Below are positions 11,669 through 21,160 of a stretch of 64,000 bases of DNA, in pieces. The notes under the pieces were generated by a model, which made no database searches, was not told the DNA's origin, and saw only the letters and a list, made by a program, of their open reading frames with translations. Each line of letters begins with the position of its first letter. The stretch's first letter is position 1. Made by a program: the position numbers and the translations under genes. The DNA is from Geopsychrobacteraceae bacterium (GTDB lineage: Bacteria; Desulfobacterota; Desulfuromonadia; Desulfuromonadales; Geopsychrobacteraceae), in contig OY759353.1 in NCBI GenBank assembly GCA_963662315.1, positions 4,032,001 to 4,096,000 of the forward strand, given 5' to 3'.

Positions 11669-12367
11669 ATGAACAAAGAAGTGACAATCGTCGAGGCCAT
11701 GACGCATATCAAAAGCGGCATGACCATCATGAGTAATGGTTTCATGGGAGTCAAAAGCCCCGAAACCATTATCGACGCCATGGTCGAACAGGGGATTAGC
11801 GACATCACCCTGATCTCCACCGACACCGCCGTACCGGGTGTCGCCACGGGGAAGTTGATCGGCAACAAGCGGGTAAAAAAACTCTATGCCTCCCATATCG
11901 GCCTCAACCCCGAATCGGGTGCCCAGATGAATGCCGGGGAGATGGAGGTCGAACTGGTACCGCAAGGCACCCTGGCCGAGCGGATCCGCTGCGGGGGGGC
12001 CGGTCTCGGCGGCGTTCTGACCCCGACGGGAATCGGGACCGAAGTTGAAAAGGGGAAACAGAAACTGACCGTCAATGACAAGGAGTATCTGCTGGAACTG
12101 CCGCTGCATGCCGATGTCGCCATCATCAAAGGGACCATCTGCGATCGGGCTGGAAACGTCTTTTACCGTGGCACCTCCAAAAACTTCAGCCTCGTCATGG
12201 CGATGGCAGCCGATTACGTCATCGTCGAAGCGGACAAGATCGTCGAAGTGGGAGAGCTTGGTCCCGAACAGATCATGACCCCCGGAGTGTTTGTCGATGC
12301 CGTGGTGCTGTCGGACGCACAATACCGGATAGCTGAAGAGAAACTGCAGGAGGTGCTCCATGGCTGA
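11669..12367 (+). CDS. atoD: Acetoacetate/3-oxoacid CoA-transferase subunit A, copy 2
   Basis: Near-identical to 4461-5159. Confidence 0.92.
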   Translation: MNKEVTIVEAMTHIKSGMTIMSNGFMGVKSPETIIDAMVEQGISDITLISTDTAVPGVATGKLIGNKRVKKLYASHIGLNPESGAQMNAGEMEVELVPQGTLAERIRCGGAGLGGVLTPTGIGTEVEKGKQKLTVNDKEYLLELPLHADVAIIKGTICDRAGNVFYRGTSKNFSLVMAMAADYVIVEADKIVEVGELGPEQIMTPGVFVDAVVLSDAQYRIAEEKLQEVLHG

Positions 12368-12995
12368 GCTGAGCGATAAAGAGATCATTGCCAAACGCGC
12401 CGCGCAGGAACTGCAAGACGGCGACGTGATCAACCTGGGCATCGGACTGCCGACCCTGGTTTCCAACTATGTCCCGGACGGGGTGCACATCACCCTGCAT
12501 GCCGAAAACGGTATCCTCGGGATGGGTCCCCTATGCGCGCCCGGAGAAGAAGACAGCGACATCATCAATGCCGGTAACCAGCACGTACATATCCTGACCG
12601 GAGCGAGCTTCTTTGACAGCGCCACCTCCTTCGCCATCATCCGTGGCGGTCATGTTGATGTGACGATTTTAGGAGCCCTGCAGGTCGACCAGCAGGGGAA
12701 TATCGCCAGTCACGTTGTGCCGGGTAAAATGGTGCCGGGGATGGGAGGAGCGATGGATCTGGTGGCCGGAGCCAAGAAGGTCATTGTCGCCATGCAGCAT
12801 ACGGCAAAAGGGACTCCCAAGATCATGAAGCAGTGCACCCTGCCGCTGACCGGGGTGAAATGCGTCGACATGATCATTACCGAAAAGGCCGTCTTTGAAG
12901 TGACAGACAAAGGGCTTGAACTAAAAGAGATCATGCCGGGTTCTTCGCTTGAGGATATTCAACAGTTCACCGACGCCGAGATTATCGTTGCATAA
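12360..12995 (+). CDS. atoA: Acetoacetate/3-oxoacid CoA-transferase subunit B, copy 2
   Basis: Near-identical to 5152-5787. Confidence 0.92.
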   Translation: MAELSDKEIIAKRAAQELQDGDVINLGIGLPTLVSNYVPDGVHITLHAENGILGMGPLCAPGEEDSDIINAGNQHVHILTGASFFDSATSFAIIRGGHVDVTILGALQVDQQGNIASHVVPGKMVPGMGGAMDLVAGAKKVIVAMQHTAKGTPKIMKQCTLPLTGVKCVDMIITEKAVFEVTDKGLELKEIMPGSSLEDIQQFTDAEIIVA

Positions 12996-13083
12996 GCATC
13001 GGTAACAGAACAAACAGATCCAAGGCGGGCCCCTTCACCCTGTCTTCGAATTAAAGGTGCCTCAGAGGTGAGCGCACTGATTG

Positions 13084-13115
13084 CCCGGGCGGCTTAACGC
13101 TGCCCGGGATTTTTT
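13084..13115 (+). terminator. Intrinsic terminator after atoA copy 2
   Basis: Same GC-rich hairpin and T-tract as 5876-5907. Confidence 0.8.
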
Positions 13116-13141
13116 ATGAAAAGGTGGCGTCTTCTCTGGTA

Positions 13142-14056
13142 CTAAAAGGTCAGAATACTGTCGAGAATAAGGATCGACAGGAGTAACGCCATCGAGATGT
13201 TGGTCAGGTGAAAGGCTTTGAGGGTGTTTCCGTTACCTGCCACCTGCAGACAGGCTTTGGTCATCAACATTGCCAGCAAGAACAGTCCCGTCAAAAAGAG
13301 AACAACCAGGGTCGGGTGACTGATAAAGCCAAACAGCGGAAAGAGTAGATAACATAACAATAATGCCAGGAGCCAGCAGGAATTGATTTGCAGCAGACGC
13401 CGGGTTGGGATCGATTCAAACAGGTTGGGTAACCCGCTTCTTTGCAGATCGTCACGGTAGCGGCATAGCAACAGCCAGGTGTGAGGGATCTGCCAGATAA
13501 ATAAAGTTCCGGCCAGGGTCAGGGATTGTTGGGTCAGCAGGAGACCGCCTGCCGCTGTCCAGCCGATCAATGGTGGCAGCGCACCACAGAGGGCACCGGG
13601 AATAGCGGCAAATGGAGTACGCTTTTTTAGAGGTGTGTAAATTGCGTTGTACCAGATGATGGCAAGCAACCCAAGCAGTAATGGAAGTTTGTAAGGTAAG
13701 GCATTAAGCAGGATAATGCCTGCACTCAGAGCCAGTGTCGCCAGGACCAGGACACTTTCCGGTGACAGCAGGCCGACAGGCAAAGGTCGATTCTGGGTGC
13801 GCAGCATCTGGCTGTCAAGATCCTGCTCCTGCCATTGATTAAGGGCAGAACATCCAGCCGACAGCAGCCCGACGCCGAGGGTAACAAAGAACATGTGCAG
13901 ATCCCACAGCCCATCGGCAAACAGATATCCGGCCAGGGTCGACAGGGCAACCATCATCGACAGTTCAAGGCGGAACAGTGCCCTTAACGACCTGACCTGA
14001 GCCAGCATACGTGGTTTTTCAAGGGCCAATGTTTTTACCTGGGGTGGTTTCTGCAC
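13142..14056 (-). CDS. cyoE: Protoheme IX farnesyltransferase (heme O synthase, UbiA family)
   Basis: NQW.E.D.D..M.RT..RPLP, YT.LKKRT, WQ.PH motifs; last gene of the oxidase operon; GTG start with AAGGGGA RBS. Confidence 0.9.
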   Translation of the reverse strand: MQKPPQVKTLALEKPRMLAQVRSLRALFRLELSMMVALSTLAGYLFADGLWDLHMFFVTLGVGLLSAGCSALNQWQEQDLDSQMLRTQNRPLPVGLLSPESVLVLATLALSAGIILLNALPYKLPLLLGLLAIIWYNAIYTPLKKRTPFAAIPGALCGALPPLIGWTAAGGLLLTQQSLTLAGTLFIWQIPHTWLLLCRYRDDLQRSGLPNLFESIPTRRLLQINSCWLLALLLCYLLFPLFGFISHPTLVVLFLTGLFLLAMLMTKACLQVAGNGNTLKAFHLTNISMALLLSILILDSILTF

Positions 14057-14094
14057 GGATAAATCCCCTTTGTTCTGTTGTGAAATCAGAAACT

Positions 14095-15309
14095 TTACTG
14101 TTTCAGTAAATACTGAATAATGGCATCAATCTCATCCGGACTCAGATAGTCCGTAGCTGGCATCATGGGTGCGTACCCTTTGACCAGTTCACTGTTTGGT
14201 TCGAGTAAGGCTTTGCGTAAATAATTTGCGTCGACTTTTATTGTCACTTCTTTGCCATTCCGTTCGATCGTGACGTCTCTGCCGCCCAGTCCTTTAAAGG
14301 TTGGGGCAATACTTTCACTGCCGTCCGTCGAGTGACAGCCGATGCAGCCATTTTCTTCGATCAGGGTGGCTCCATCAGGCCCTGCTGGCGGTGTTAATGC
14401 TTTGCCTAGTAGAAAATCAACGACGGCTTGCAGATCATCGTTGTTGATCGTGGCTTCGTCATAATCTGGCATCATTGGATCGTAACCTTTGACGATTTCG
14501 CTGCCCGGATCCCTGATAGCGCGTTTCAGATAAGCTTCATCGATGGTGATTTCGATGGCCTGCCCATTCTTGTCCAGTTGGCGCGGTGCCCCCGCAAGTT
14601 CAAACAGGCTGGGAGCAATCCCGTCGCTGCCATCAAGGCTGTGGCAGCCGAGACAGCCCTGTTCGTTGAGAACGGTCAGTCCTCGTGGTTCTGTGCTGGT
14701 TTCTGGTTTTGGTTCCGCCCATTGTGTATAGTCTGTTTCTGGCAGAACTTCGATTGTGGTCAGCATGTCGGCATGGCCGACGCCGCAATATTCGGTACAC
14801 TGAACGTCATAACTGCCCGGCTCGGTTGCCTTGAACCAGACGTAAGTATCCATACCGGGGACCATGTCTTTTTTAATGCGGAAGGCGGGGACAAAGAAGC
14901 TGTGGATGACATCGGTGGAGGTCAGCATGACCTTGACCGGCTTGCCCACCGGGACATAGAGTTTTGTTTCTTTGCGGCCATCCGGATAGACAAATTGCCA
15001 TGACCACATGCGACCGATGGCTTTAACCTCCATCGCATCCTTGGGAACTTCTGTCAGGCCGACATAATTTGTCCAGCCATACCAGAACATGGTCATAACA
15101 ATAATCAGTGGCAGGACCGTCCAGATCGTTTCCAGTAACCAGTTGCCGTGGCAATCAGAGGTTGGTTCCGGGTTTTTTGACCGCCGGTATTTGATGACAA
15201 AATAGATGGTGACAACAGTAATTCCCAGCAGCAGTAACAGGGAAAAACCGAAAATATAGATCAGAACATTATCGACAGCCTGGGCCGTGGGGTTATTCAG
15301 CTGGTTCAC
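14095..15309 (-). CDS. coxB: Cytochrome c oxidase subunit II with two C-terminal heme c domains
   Basis: CuA ligands DVIHSF and CTEYCGVGHADM; CLGCH and CIGCH in two internally repeated domains. Confidence 0.93.
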   Translation of the reverse strand: MNQLNNPTAQAVDNVLIYIFGFSLLLLLGITVVTIYFVIKYRRSKNPEPTSDCHGNWLLETIWTVLPLIIVMTMFWYGWTNYVGLTEVPKDAMEVKAIGRMWSWQFVYPDGRKETKLYVPVGKPVKVMLTSTDVIHSFFVPAFRIKKDMVPGMDTYVWFKATEPGSYDVQCTEYCGVGHADMLTTIEVLPETDYTQWAEPKPETSTEPRGLTVLNEQGCLGCHSLDGSDGIAPSLFELAGAPRQLDKNGQAIEITIDEAYLKRAIRDPGSEIVKGYDPMMPDYDEATINNDDLQAVVDFLLGKALTPPAGPDGATLIEENGCIGCHSTDGSESIAPTFKGLGGRDVTIERNGKEVTIKVDANYLRKALLEPNSELVKGYAPMMPATDYLSPDEIDAIIQYLLKQ

Positions 15310-15318
15310 GGATCACTC

Positions 15319-15615
15319 CTAACGATAAAGGATATCGGTAAACGTCAGACCGACAAAAATAGCCAAAATCACGATCAATACCAGCAGGCCGATTTTAAAA
15401 AGGCGTGATTCCTGCTTTAAATGCATAAAAATAAAGATGACCAAAGCCGACTTGATCGAGGCGATCCCCAGCGCTGCCCAGACATGCAATGCTCCCAGGT
15501 GAATGCGTGACACGATAACGGTAATGATGGTCAAAACCAGCAGCGCAACCCAGACGAGGACGAAGGTCCGGTAGGGGACCGGTTCGTGTTTGTGCTCATG
15601 TTCGTGTACAGACAT
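15319..15615 (-). CDS. coxD: Cytochrome c oxidase subunit IV family protein
   Basis: Three TM helices, K..LV..FMHLK motif, operon position. Confidence 0.85.
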   Translation of the reverse strand: MSVHEHEHKHEPVPYRTFVLVWVALLVLTIITVIVSRIHLGALHVWAALGIASIKSALVIFIFMHLKQESRLFKIGLLVLIVILAIFVGLTFTDILYR

Positions 15616-15623
15616 GGTTCACC

Positions 15624-16223
15624 TCACAAAATCAGATAATAAAGGGGGAACAGGAAGATCCAGACCAGATCGACCAGGTGCCAGTAAAGAGCGCTGTTTT
15701 CCAGTAGGGTATAACGATCGCTGGTCACTTTTCCTTTGGCAACCATTCTGGCAACAATGGCGATCAGAGAACCGCCCAGCACAACATGGAGCCCGTGCAG
15801 GCCGGCCGTAAAGTAGTACAGATTGAAGAAGGATGAGACTCCTGCTCCCATTTCGGCCAGGTGTTCAGAACCAGGATAAATACCGTGACTGATCTCTATG
15901 GACCATTCAAAGTATTTGTTGATCAGAAACACGATGGCCAGAACGATGGTGATCCAGCACAAATTAACGCAGCGCTTGGTCTCATTGCGCTGAATGGCCG
16001 TAATGGCCAGAGCAATGGTCAGACTGCTGGTGAGCAGAACCAAAGTGTTGATGGTTCCGAAATAAATATTCAGTTTGTGGCTGGCCTCGGCATATTGCGC
16101 GGGAAACTTAGCCAGAGAAATTGCGTAGAGAATAAAGAGCCCGCTAAACAGAATCACCTCGGTATACAGGAACAGCCACATACCGAAGCGGGCGCCGACA
16201 TCGTCGCGGTGTTCAATACTCAT
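15624..16223 (-). CDS. coxC: Cytochrome c oxidase subunit III
   Basis: GMWLFL.TE..LF, GLHGLHV, LYWHLVDLVWIFLFP. Confidence 0.93.
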   Translation of the reverse strand: MSIEHRDDVGARFGMWLFLYTEVILFSGLFILYAISLAKFPAQYAEASHKLNIYFGTINTLVLLTSSLTIALAITAIQRNETKRCVNLCWITIVLAIVFLINKYFEWSIEISHGIYPGSEHLAEMGAGVSSFFNLYYFTAGLHGLHVVLGGSLIAIVARMVAKGKVTSDRYTLLENSALYWHLVDLVWIFLFPLYYLIL

Positions 16224-17838
16224 CGGCTACGACTCCTTTAAATTCATAGGGACCTTTGGTGACAACTGGATCCTGCGGTCCAAAATTATCCATGGGGGGT
16301 GGTGACGGAACCTGCCATTCCAGCGTTGCCGCGCCCCACGGGTTCATCCCGACGATTTTCCCTTTTCGAATCCCGTGCCAGAAATTGGCAAACATCATGA
16401 TCAGGCCAACGGCCAGCACCCAGGAACCGATAGTCGCAACCAGGTTAAGGGTGTGAAATTCCGGCAGATAGTCGTAATAACGACGCGGCATCCCCTGAAT
16501 ACCAACGGCCTGCATGGCCATGTAGGTGACGTTGAAACCGACAAACAGCAGGGCAAAGGCGATCATTGAAATTTTGTGATTGTACATACGACCAGTGAAT
16601 TTGGGCAGCCAGTAGTGAAGAGCGCCGAAAAAGGCAAAGCCGAGCCCGCCGAACATGGTGTAATGGAAGTGGCCGACAACAAATGTCGTATCGTGCAGGT
16701 GAATATCGCTGGCAGCTGCCCCAAGAGCCAGCCCACCGAGGCCGCCGATGGAGAAATTGAAAATGAAAGCCAGCGCATAAAGCATGGGCGGTGCCATTTC
16801 GATTGATCCCTTATAAAGGGTTGAAACCCAGTTAAAGACCTTAATGGCGCTGGGAATGGCAACAATAAAGGTTAAAAAGGAAAAGATCATGATAGCAAAA
16901 TCACTCATGCCGCTGGTATACATGTGGTGAGCCCAGACCAGAGAACCAGCAAACGCAATCGCCAGACTGGAAAAGGCCATGGCCCAGTAACCAAATAACG
17001 GCTTGCGTGAGAAAGTTGGAATGATCTCAGAAATAACTCCCATGCCGGGCAGAATCATGATGTAAACCGCCGGGTGGGAGTAGATCCAGAACAGGTGCTG
17101 GAACATGATCGGGTCACCGCCGCGGGCCACATCAAACAATCCGGCCCCGAAGATTCGTTCAAGAATGACCAACACCAGGGTGATTCCCAGCATTGGCGTG
17201 GCCAGGACCTGAATCCAGGCCGTGGCGTAAAGGGTCCAGACGAACAGCGGCAGGCGACCCCAGGTCATCCCTTCAGCCCGCAGCCGGTGGATAGTGGTGA
17301 CGAAATTGATACCGGTAAGGATGGATGACATGCCGAGCATGAAAGCGGCGAAAGCCGCCAGACTGACGTTAGTACTGGTCTGGGTACTGAACGGGACATA
17401 GAAAGTCCAGCCGGTGTCCGGGGCTCCTCCCCCGGAAAAGATGGCAACCACAGCAAGAATGGCACCAGCCACATAACAATACCAGGACAACAGGTTGATC
17501 TTCGGAAAGGAAACGTCCCGTGCACCGATCTGAATCGGCAGAACCAGATTGCCGAATGCTGCCGGTACGCTGGGGATGATAAACAGGAAGATCATGATAA
17601 TGCCGTGGACCGTAAATGTAGCATTGTACGTCTGTGGTCCCATAATGGTGACCCCGGGAGCTATCAGTTCCAGGCGGATGGCGATACCCAGGCAGGCACC
17701 GATAATAAACATGGTGACAATGCAGCAAAGATACATGATGCCGATGCGTTTGTGGTCGGTCGACAACAGCCAGCCAAGAATTCCTGATCTTGGACTTTCA
17801 CTGTAGAATCCGGTATTGGTCAAAGTAGTATCGGTCAT
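16213..17838 (-). CDS. coxA: Cytochrome c oxidase subunit I (heme-copper oxidase, A2 type)
   Basis: TDHKRIG, GWTFY.P, WIYSHPAVY (YS motif of the A2 subfamily), VWAHHM, GHFHY, GMPRRY. Confidence 0.95.
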   Translation of the reverse strand: MTDTTLTNTGFYSESPRSGILGWLLSTDHKRIGIMYLCCIVTMFIIGACLGIAIRLELIAPGVTIMGPQTYNATFTVHGIIMIFLFIIPSVPAAFGNLVLPIQIGARDVSFPKINLLSWYCYVAGAILAVVAIFSGGGAPDTGWTFYVPFSTQTSTNVSLAAFAAFMLGMSSILTGINFVTTIHRLRAEGMTWGRLPLFVWTLYATAWIQVLATPMLGITLVLVILERIFGAGLFDVARGGDPIMFQHLFWIYSHPAVYIMILPGMGVISEIIPTFSRKPLFGYWAMAFSSLAIAFAGSLVWAHHMYTSGMSDFAIMIFSFLTFIVAIPSAIKVFNWVSTLYKGSIEMAPPMLYALAFIFNFSIGGLGGLALGAAASDIHLHDTTFVVGHFHYTMFGGLGFAFFGALHYWLPKFTGRMYNHKISMIAFALLFVGFNVTYMAMQAVGIQGMPRRYYDYLPEFHTLNLVATIGSWVLAVGLIMMFANFWHGIRKGKIVGMNPWGAATLEWQVPSPPPMDNFGPQDPVVTKGPYEFKGVVADEY

Positions 17839-18599
17839 TTTTTCTTCTTTCTTCCGCCGAGGATAAGAAAAAGTAAAAAGCTCCCCAATGTTAACAGGAT
17901 AACGGTGGCGCTGACACGCATCAGGTTGAAGACATAACGGCGTCCTTCCGGGTCGTAACTGAAGCAGAACTGCAGAGCCTTGCTGATCGGTTTGCCGATG
18001 CGACCTTCGTTGGCTTCAAGCAGTGCCATGGACAGATCAATCGGGGAAAAGCGCTGGCCAATCAGGTAGCGGACAATGGTCCCGTCTTTGGTGACGACAA
18101 AGGCTGCAATGGGATGCAGGAAGTCATTCTTTTCCTTTTTGAAATAGTAGCCGGCTGAATCGGTCAATTTAAGGATGTTTTCCTGGGTACCGGTCAGAAA
18201 TCTCCATGCTTCTTTGGGATACGGCGCCTGCATCGCTGTGAGAAAGGTCTGTTTACTATGGGCCGCCATCGCGGTTGTTTCTTCGGGGGCAAAGCTGATG
18301 GTGATGACGTTGTAGGATTCTCCTGGCTTCAGTTTGACCTCCGGGAGCACGGCAGAAAGGCCACCCAACATCATATTGCAGACATTGCGACAGTTGTAGA
18401 AAACCGGAACGATCAGGGTCGGTCGGTCGACCAACTGGGATAGATTAACGCTGGCCCCCGTTGAGTCGACGAAATCAAGATTCAGGGGGATTTTTTGGCC
18501 GAGTTGTTCTATCAGCTCAACTTTGTCGTTGGCCGCAAATAGCGGTCCTGCCGAGAAGAACAATACAACAATTAGAGTGAGTACGTGTCTAGTCAGCAA
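17835..18599 (-). CDS. SCO family copper chaperone
   Basis: Signal peptide, CRNVC (CxxxC), W.FLTG, conserved His, C-terminal TM; first gene of the cox operon. Confidence 0.88.
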   Translation of the reverse strand: MLTRHVLTLIVVLFFSAGPLFAANDKVELIEQLGQKIPLNLDFVDSTGASVNLSQLVDRPTLIVPVFYNCRNVCNMMLGGLSAVLPEVKLKPGESYNVITISFAPEETTAMAAHSKQTFLTAMQAPYPKEAWRFLTGTQENILKLTDSAGYYFKKEKNDFLHPIAAFVVTKDGTIVRYLIGQRFSPIDLSMALLEANEGRIGKPISKALQFCFSYDPEGRRYVFNLMRVSATVILLTLGSFLLFLILGGRKKKK

Positions 18600-18774
18600 A
18601 ATCCCTCGCGGTGTAGTCGATAATGGGTTAAGGATAGTTGGACTATAACGGTTGGATTGCCATTAAAGAATACACATTGCCTTGGAGTTTGTAAATCCTC
18701 ATAAAAAAATCGGTTGGCAGTAAGTAGCCTCTCAAGCTATATAAAAACTGCGCAAAACAAAGGAGACAATTGGT

Positions 18775-18969
18775 ATGTACGAAGAGCTGCAGGAACGTTT
18801 GACCGAACTCGAGATCAAATTTTCTCATCAGGCCTTGCAGGTGGAAGAACTTAACGAGGTTGTCATTGACTGCCATAAGCGTATTGACCATCTGGTTAAA
18901 GATAATCACCGCCTGGCCAGAATGCTTGAGACGTTAGCGGAAAATCTTGAGGAATCTCCGGATGAGTAA
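18775..18969 (+). CDS. slyX: SlyX family protein
   Basis: ERL.ELE.K.S.Q...VEELNEVV coiled coil; AAGGAG RBS. Confidence 0.8.
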   Translation: MYEELQERLTELEIKFSHQALQVEELNEVVIDCHKRIDHLVKDNHRLARMLETLAENLEESPDE

Positions 18970-19489
18970 CAGCTTTTTCAGAGCAGATCTGCGCCGGGTT
19001 ATTCTGGAGGCGCTGATTCTGGTTATTCTGGCTTTTGCTGTCGGACTGAGTCTTCATTTTCCCATGGTTTTCAGTGTTTTTTCCGGAAAAACGGTCACAT
19101 CCTCTGGCACGGAAAAAACTCAGATGGAGGCAACTGCAAATCAGCAAGAATTATTACCACTGCCGGTAATGCTTGATGAATTGGATTCCTTATTAGCCGC
19201 TGGCGCGGTCCTGATAGATGCACGCAGTTGTTCCGCTTATCAGACTGCTCACCTTCAGGGGGCTGTCTCTCTGCCTTTAGGCCAGGCTCAGGAGGGGATC
19301 GCAACCTTGCAGGGTGATGTGCCATTGGATACAACCCTCATTGTTTATTGCAGTGGGTTTGGTTGTCCCGATTCGTTTGATCTCGGAGTGTTATTATTGC
19401 AAGCAGGCTATACTGACGTGCTGGTATATGAAGGTGGTTTTCCTGAATGGAAGGATGCCGGGCGGCCTCTTGCCGGGGAGGGGCATTGA
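18962..19489 (+). CDS. Membrane-anchored rhodanese-like domain protein
   Basis: N-terminal TM, IDAR...Y...H..GA, YCSG..C, YEGG..EW..AG. Confidence 0.85.
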   Translation: MSNSFFRADLRRVILEALILVILAFAVGLSLHFPMVFSVFSGKTVTSSGTEKTQMEATANQQELLPLPVMLDELDSLLAAGAVLIDARSCSAYQTAHLQGAVSLPLGQAQEGIATLQGDVPLDTTLIVYCSGFGCPDSFDLGVLLLQAGYTDVLVYEGGFPEWKDAGRPLAGEGH

Positions 19490-19491
19490 CA

Positions 19492-19926
19492 ATGATGGCT
19501 AAATCTTTTCATCATGTCTGCCGTCTGGTTCTGGCTGCAGTATTTATTTATGCCGGTGTGATCAAGGCTCACGATGTTGTCGGGTTTGCCGGGCAGATTG
19601 CCAATTACCAGATATTGCCCTACGCCTGGAACTACCTGGTTGCCGCGACGTTGCCATATCTTGAGTTGCTCTGCGGCTTCCTGCTGTTAATCAACCAGCG
19701 TATCCGGCCTGCGTTGCTGGTGTTATGTGTTCTCAATGTGGTTTTTATCGCAGCTCTTGCGTCAGCCCTGGTTCGTGGTTTGGATATCGATTGCGGCTGT
19801 TTTAAACCAGGATCTGAAACGCCTACGACCCCGCTTATGGCTATCCTGCGTGATCTGCTGTTTTTGCTGATGATACTTATTGCCTGGATTACCTCCGCTA
19901 AGACGTGTTCCCGGGAGAGTGACTGA
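19492..19926 (+). CDS. MauE/DoxX family membrane protein
   Basis: R..LA.VF.YAG..K, LP..E, RGLDIDCGCF, RD. Confidence 0.85.
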   Translation: MMAKSFHHVCRLVLAAVFIYAGVIKAHDVVGFAGQIANYQILPYAWNYLVAATLPYLELLCGFLLLINQRIRPALLVLCVLNVVFIAALASALVRGLDIDCGCFKPGSETPTTPLMAILRDLLFLLMILIAWITSAKTCSRESD

Positions 19927-20969
19927 TGGCCCGTGAAGCCTGGCAGGAGAGCCTTGCCAACAGTATTGTCAGCGTAACTCAGTTAGCGGAACGTTTTGAG
20001 GTCGATGTGACCGCTCTGGAGGCTGTTACGGCGCGCTATCCTTTCCGGATTACGCCCTACTACTACAGTCTGATTCGTGAGGTCGGCGACCCGATCTGGC
20101 GCCAGTGTGTTCCTGATCCGGCCGAACTGAATGATGCCGGGCTGATTGATCCGTTGGCCGAAGAGGATCTGGCTCCCGTTCCGTCTGTGGTGCATCGGTA
20201 TCCGGACCGGGCTATATTCCTGGTCTCGGGTAGTTGCGCAGGCTACTGTCGTTTTTGTACCCGCAAACGGAAAGTCGGTTGTTCCAGTATGTCCCTCAGT
20301 TTTCGCGAATTGCGGGACGGGATAGATTATATCGCCAGGACACCTGCTATTCGCGATGTTATTTTCTCCGGCGGCGATCCGTTGATTTTGCCTGACTCGG
20401 TGCTGGAAGATCTGCTGGCCAGAATCTATGCGATTCCGCATGTGGACATAATCCGTATCGGTTCGCGGGTGCCGGTCACGTTACCGGAGCGGATCACCGA
20501 TAAACTGTGTTGCATGCTCAAGAAGTATCATCCCCTGTATCTCAACACCCACTTCAATCATCCTTGGGAATTAACTGACGCTGCTGCCGAAGCCTGCGGG
20601 CGGCTGGCCGACGCCGGTATTGTGCTGGGTAACCAGACCGTTCTGCTGCGTGGGGTGAACGATGATGCCCAGGTGATTGGTGAGCTGTTCCGCGGATTGC
20701 TGAAAATACGGGTTCGCCCGTACTATCTGCATCATATGGATTTGACCAGCGGGACCTCCCACTTTCGCACCCCGGTTACCACCGGGCTTAAGATTGTCCA
20801 GTCGTTACGCGGCCCGGTCTCCGGACTGGCATCGCCTCACTATGTGATCGACCTGCCGGGTGGCAAAGGTAAAGTCCCCCTGGTTCCCGAGTATGTGCAG
20901 AAAAAGGGGAACATGCTAAGTATCACCACCCCAACGGGAGAAGTTGTTGAATATCCAGATATTATCTGA
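19926..20969 (+). CDS. KamA-family radical SAM aminomutase (lysine 2,3-aminomutase/EpmB-like)
   Basis: HRYPDR, CAGYCRFCTR, SGGDP, HFNHP.E, NQ.VLLRGVND, D.PGG.GK PLP lysine. Confidence 0.9.
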   Translation: MAREAWQESLANSIVSVTQLAERFEVDVTALEAVTARYPFRITPYYYSLIREVGDPIWRQCVPDPAELNDAGLIDPLAEEDLAPVPSVVHRYPDRAIFLVSGSCAGYCRFCTRKRKVGCSSMSLSFRELRDGIDYIARTPAIRDVIFSGGDPLILPDSVLEDLLARIYAIPHVDIIRIGSRVPVTLPERITDKLCCMLKKYHPLYLNTHFNHPWELTDAAAEACGRLADAGIVLGNQTVLLRGVNDDAQVIGELFRGLLKIRVRPYYLHHMDLTSGTSHFRTPVTTGLKIVQSLRGPVSGLASPHYVIDLPGGKGKVPLVPEYVQKKGNMLSITTPTGEVVEYPDII

Positions 20970-21005
20970 TGGTGTACATAACTGATTGTTACTTTATCAA
21001 GGTTG

Positions 21006-21045
21006 AATCCTCTTTCATTTTGTAGATAATGAAAGGGGATTTTTT
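21006..21045 (+). terminator. Intrinsic terminator after the KamA-family gene
   Basis: aatcctctttcatt / aatgaaaggggatt stem followed by a T-tract. Confidence 0.7.
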
Positions 21046-21160
21046 ATTGAGTGAGGATTCATTTATGAGTTATTTGAAATTAAAAAGATTTGATGTTTGG
21101 GGTTGGATCTGGTAGTTTGGAGCGGACCTTTTTTACTGGGGGGGGGGCTTGTGTGGACAC

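Larger units (their letters stand above)
10477..13124 (+). repeat. 2.65-kb direct repeat, copy 2
   Basis: Colinear with 3269-5916. Confidence 0.95.
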
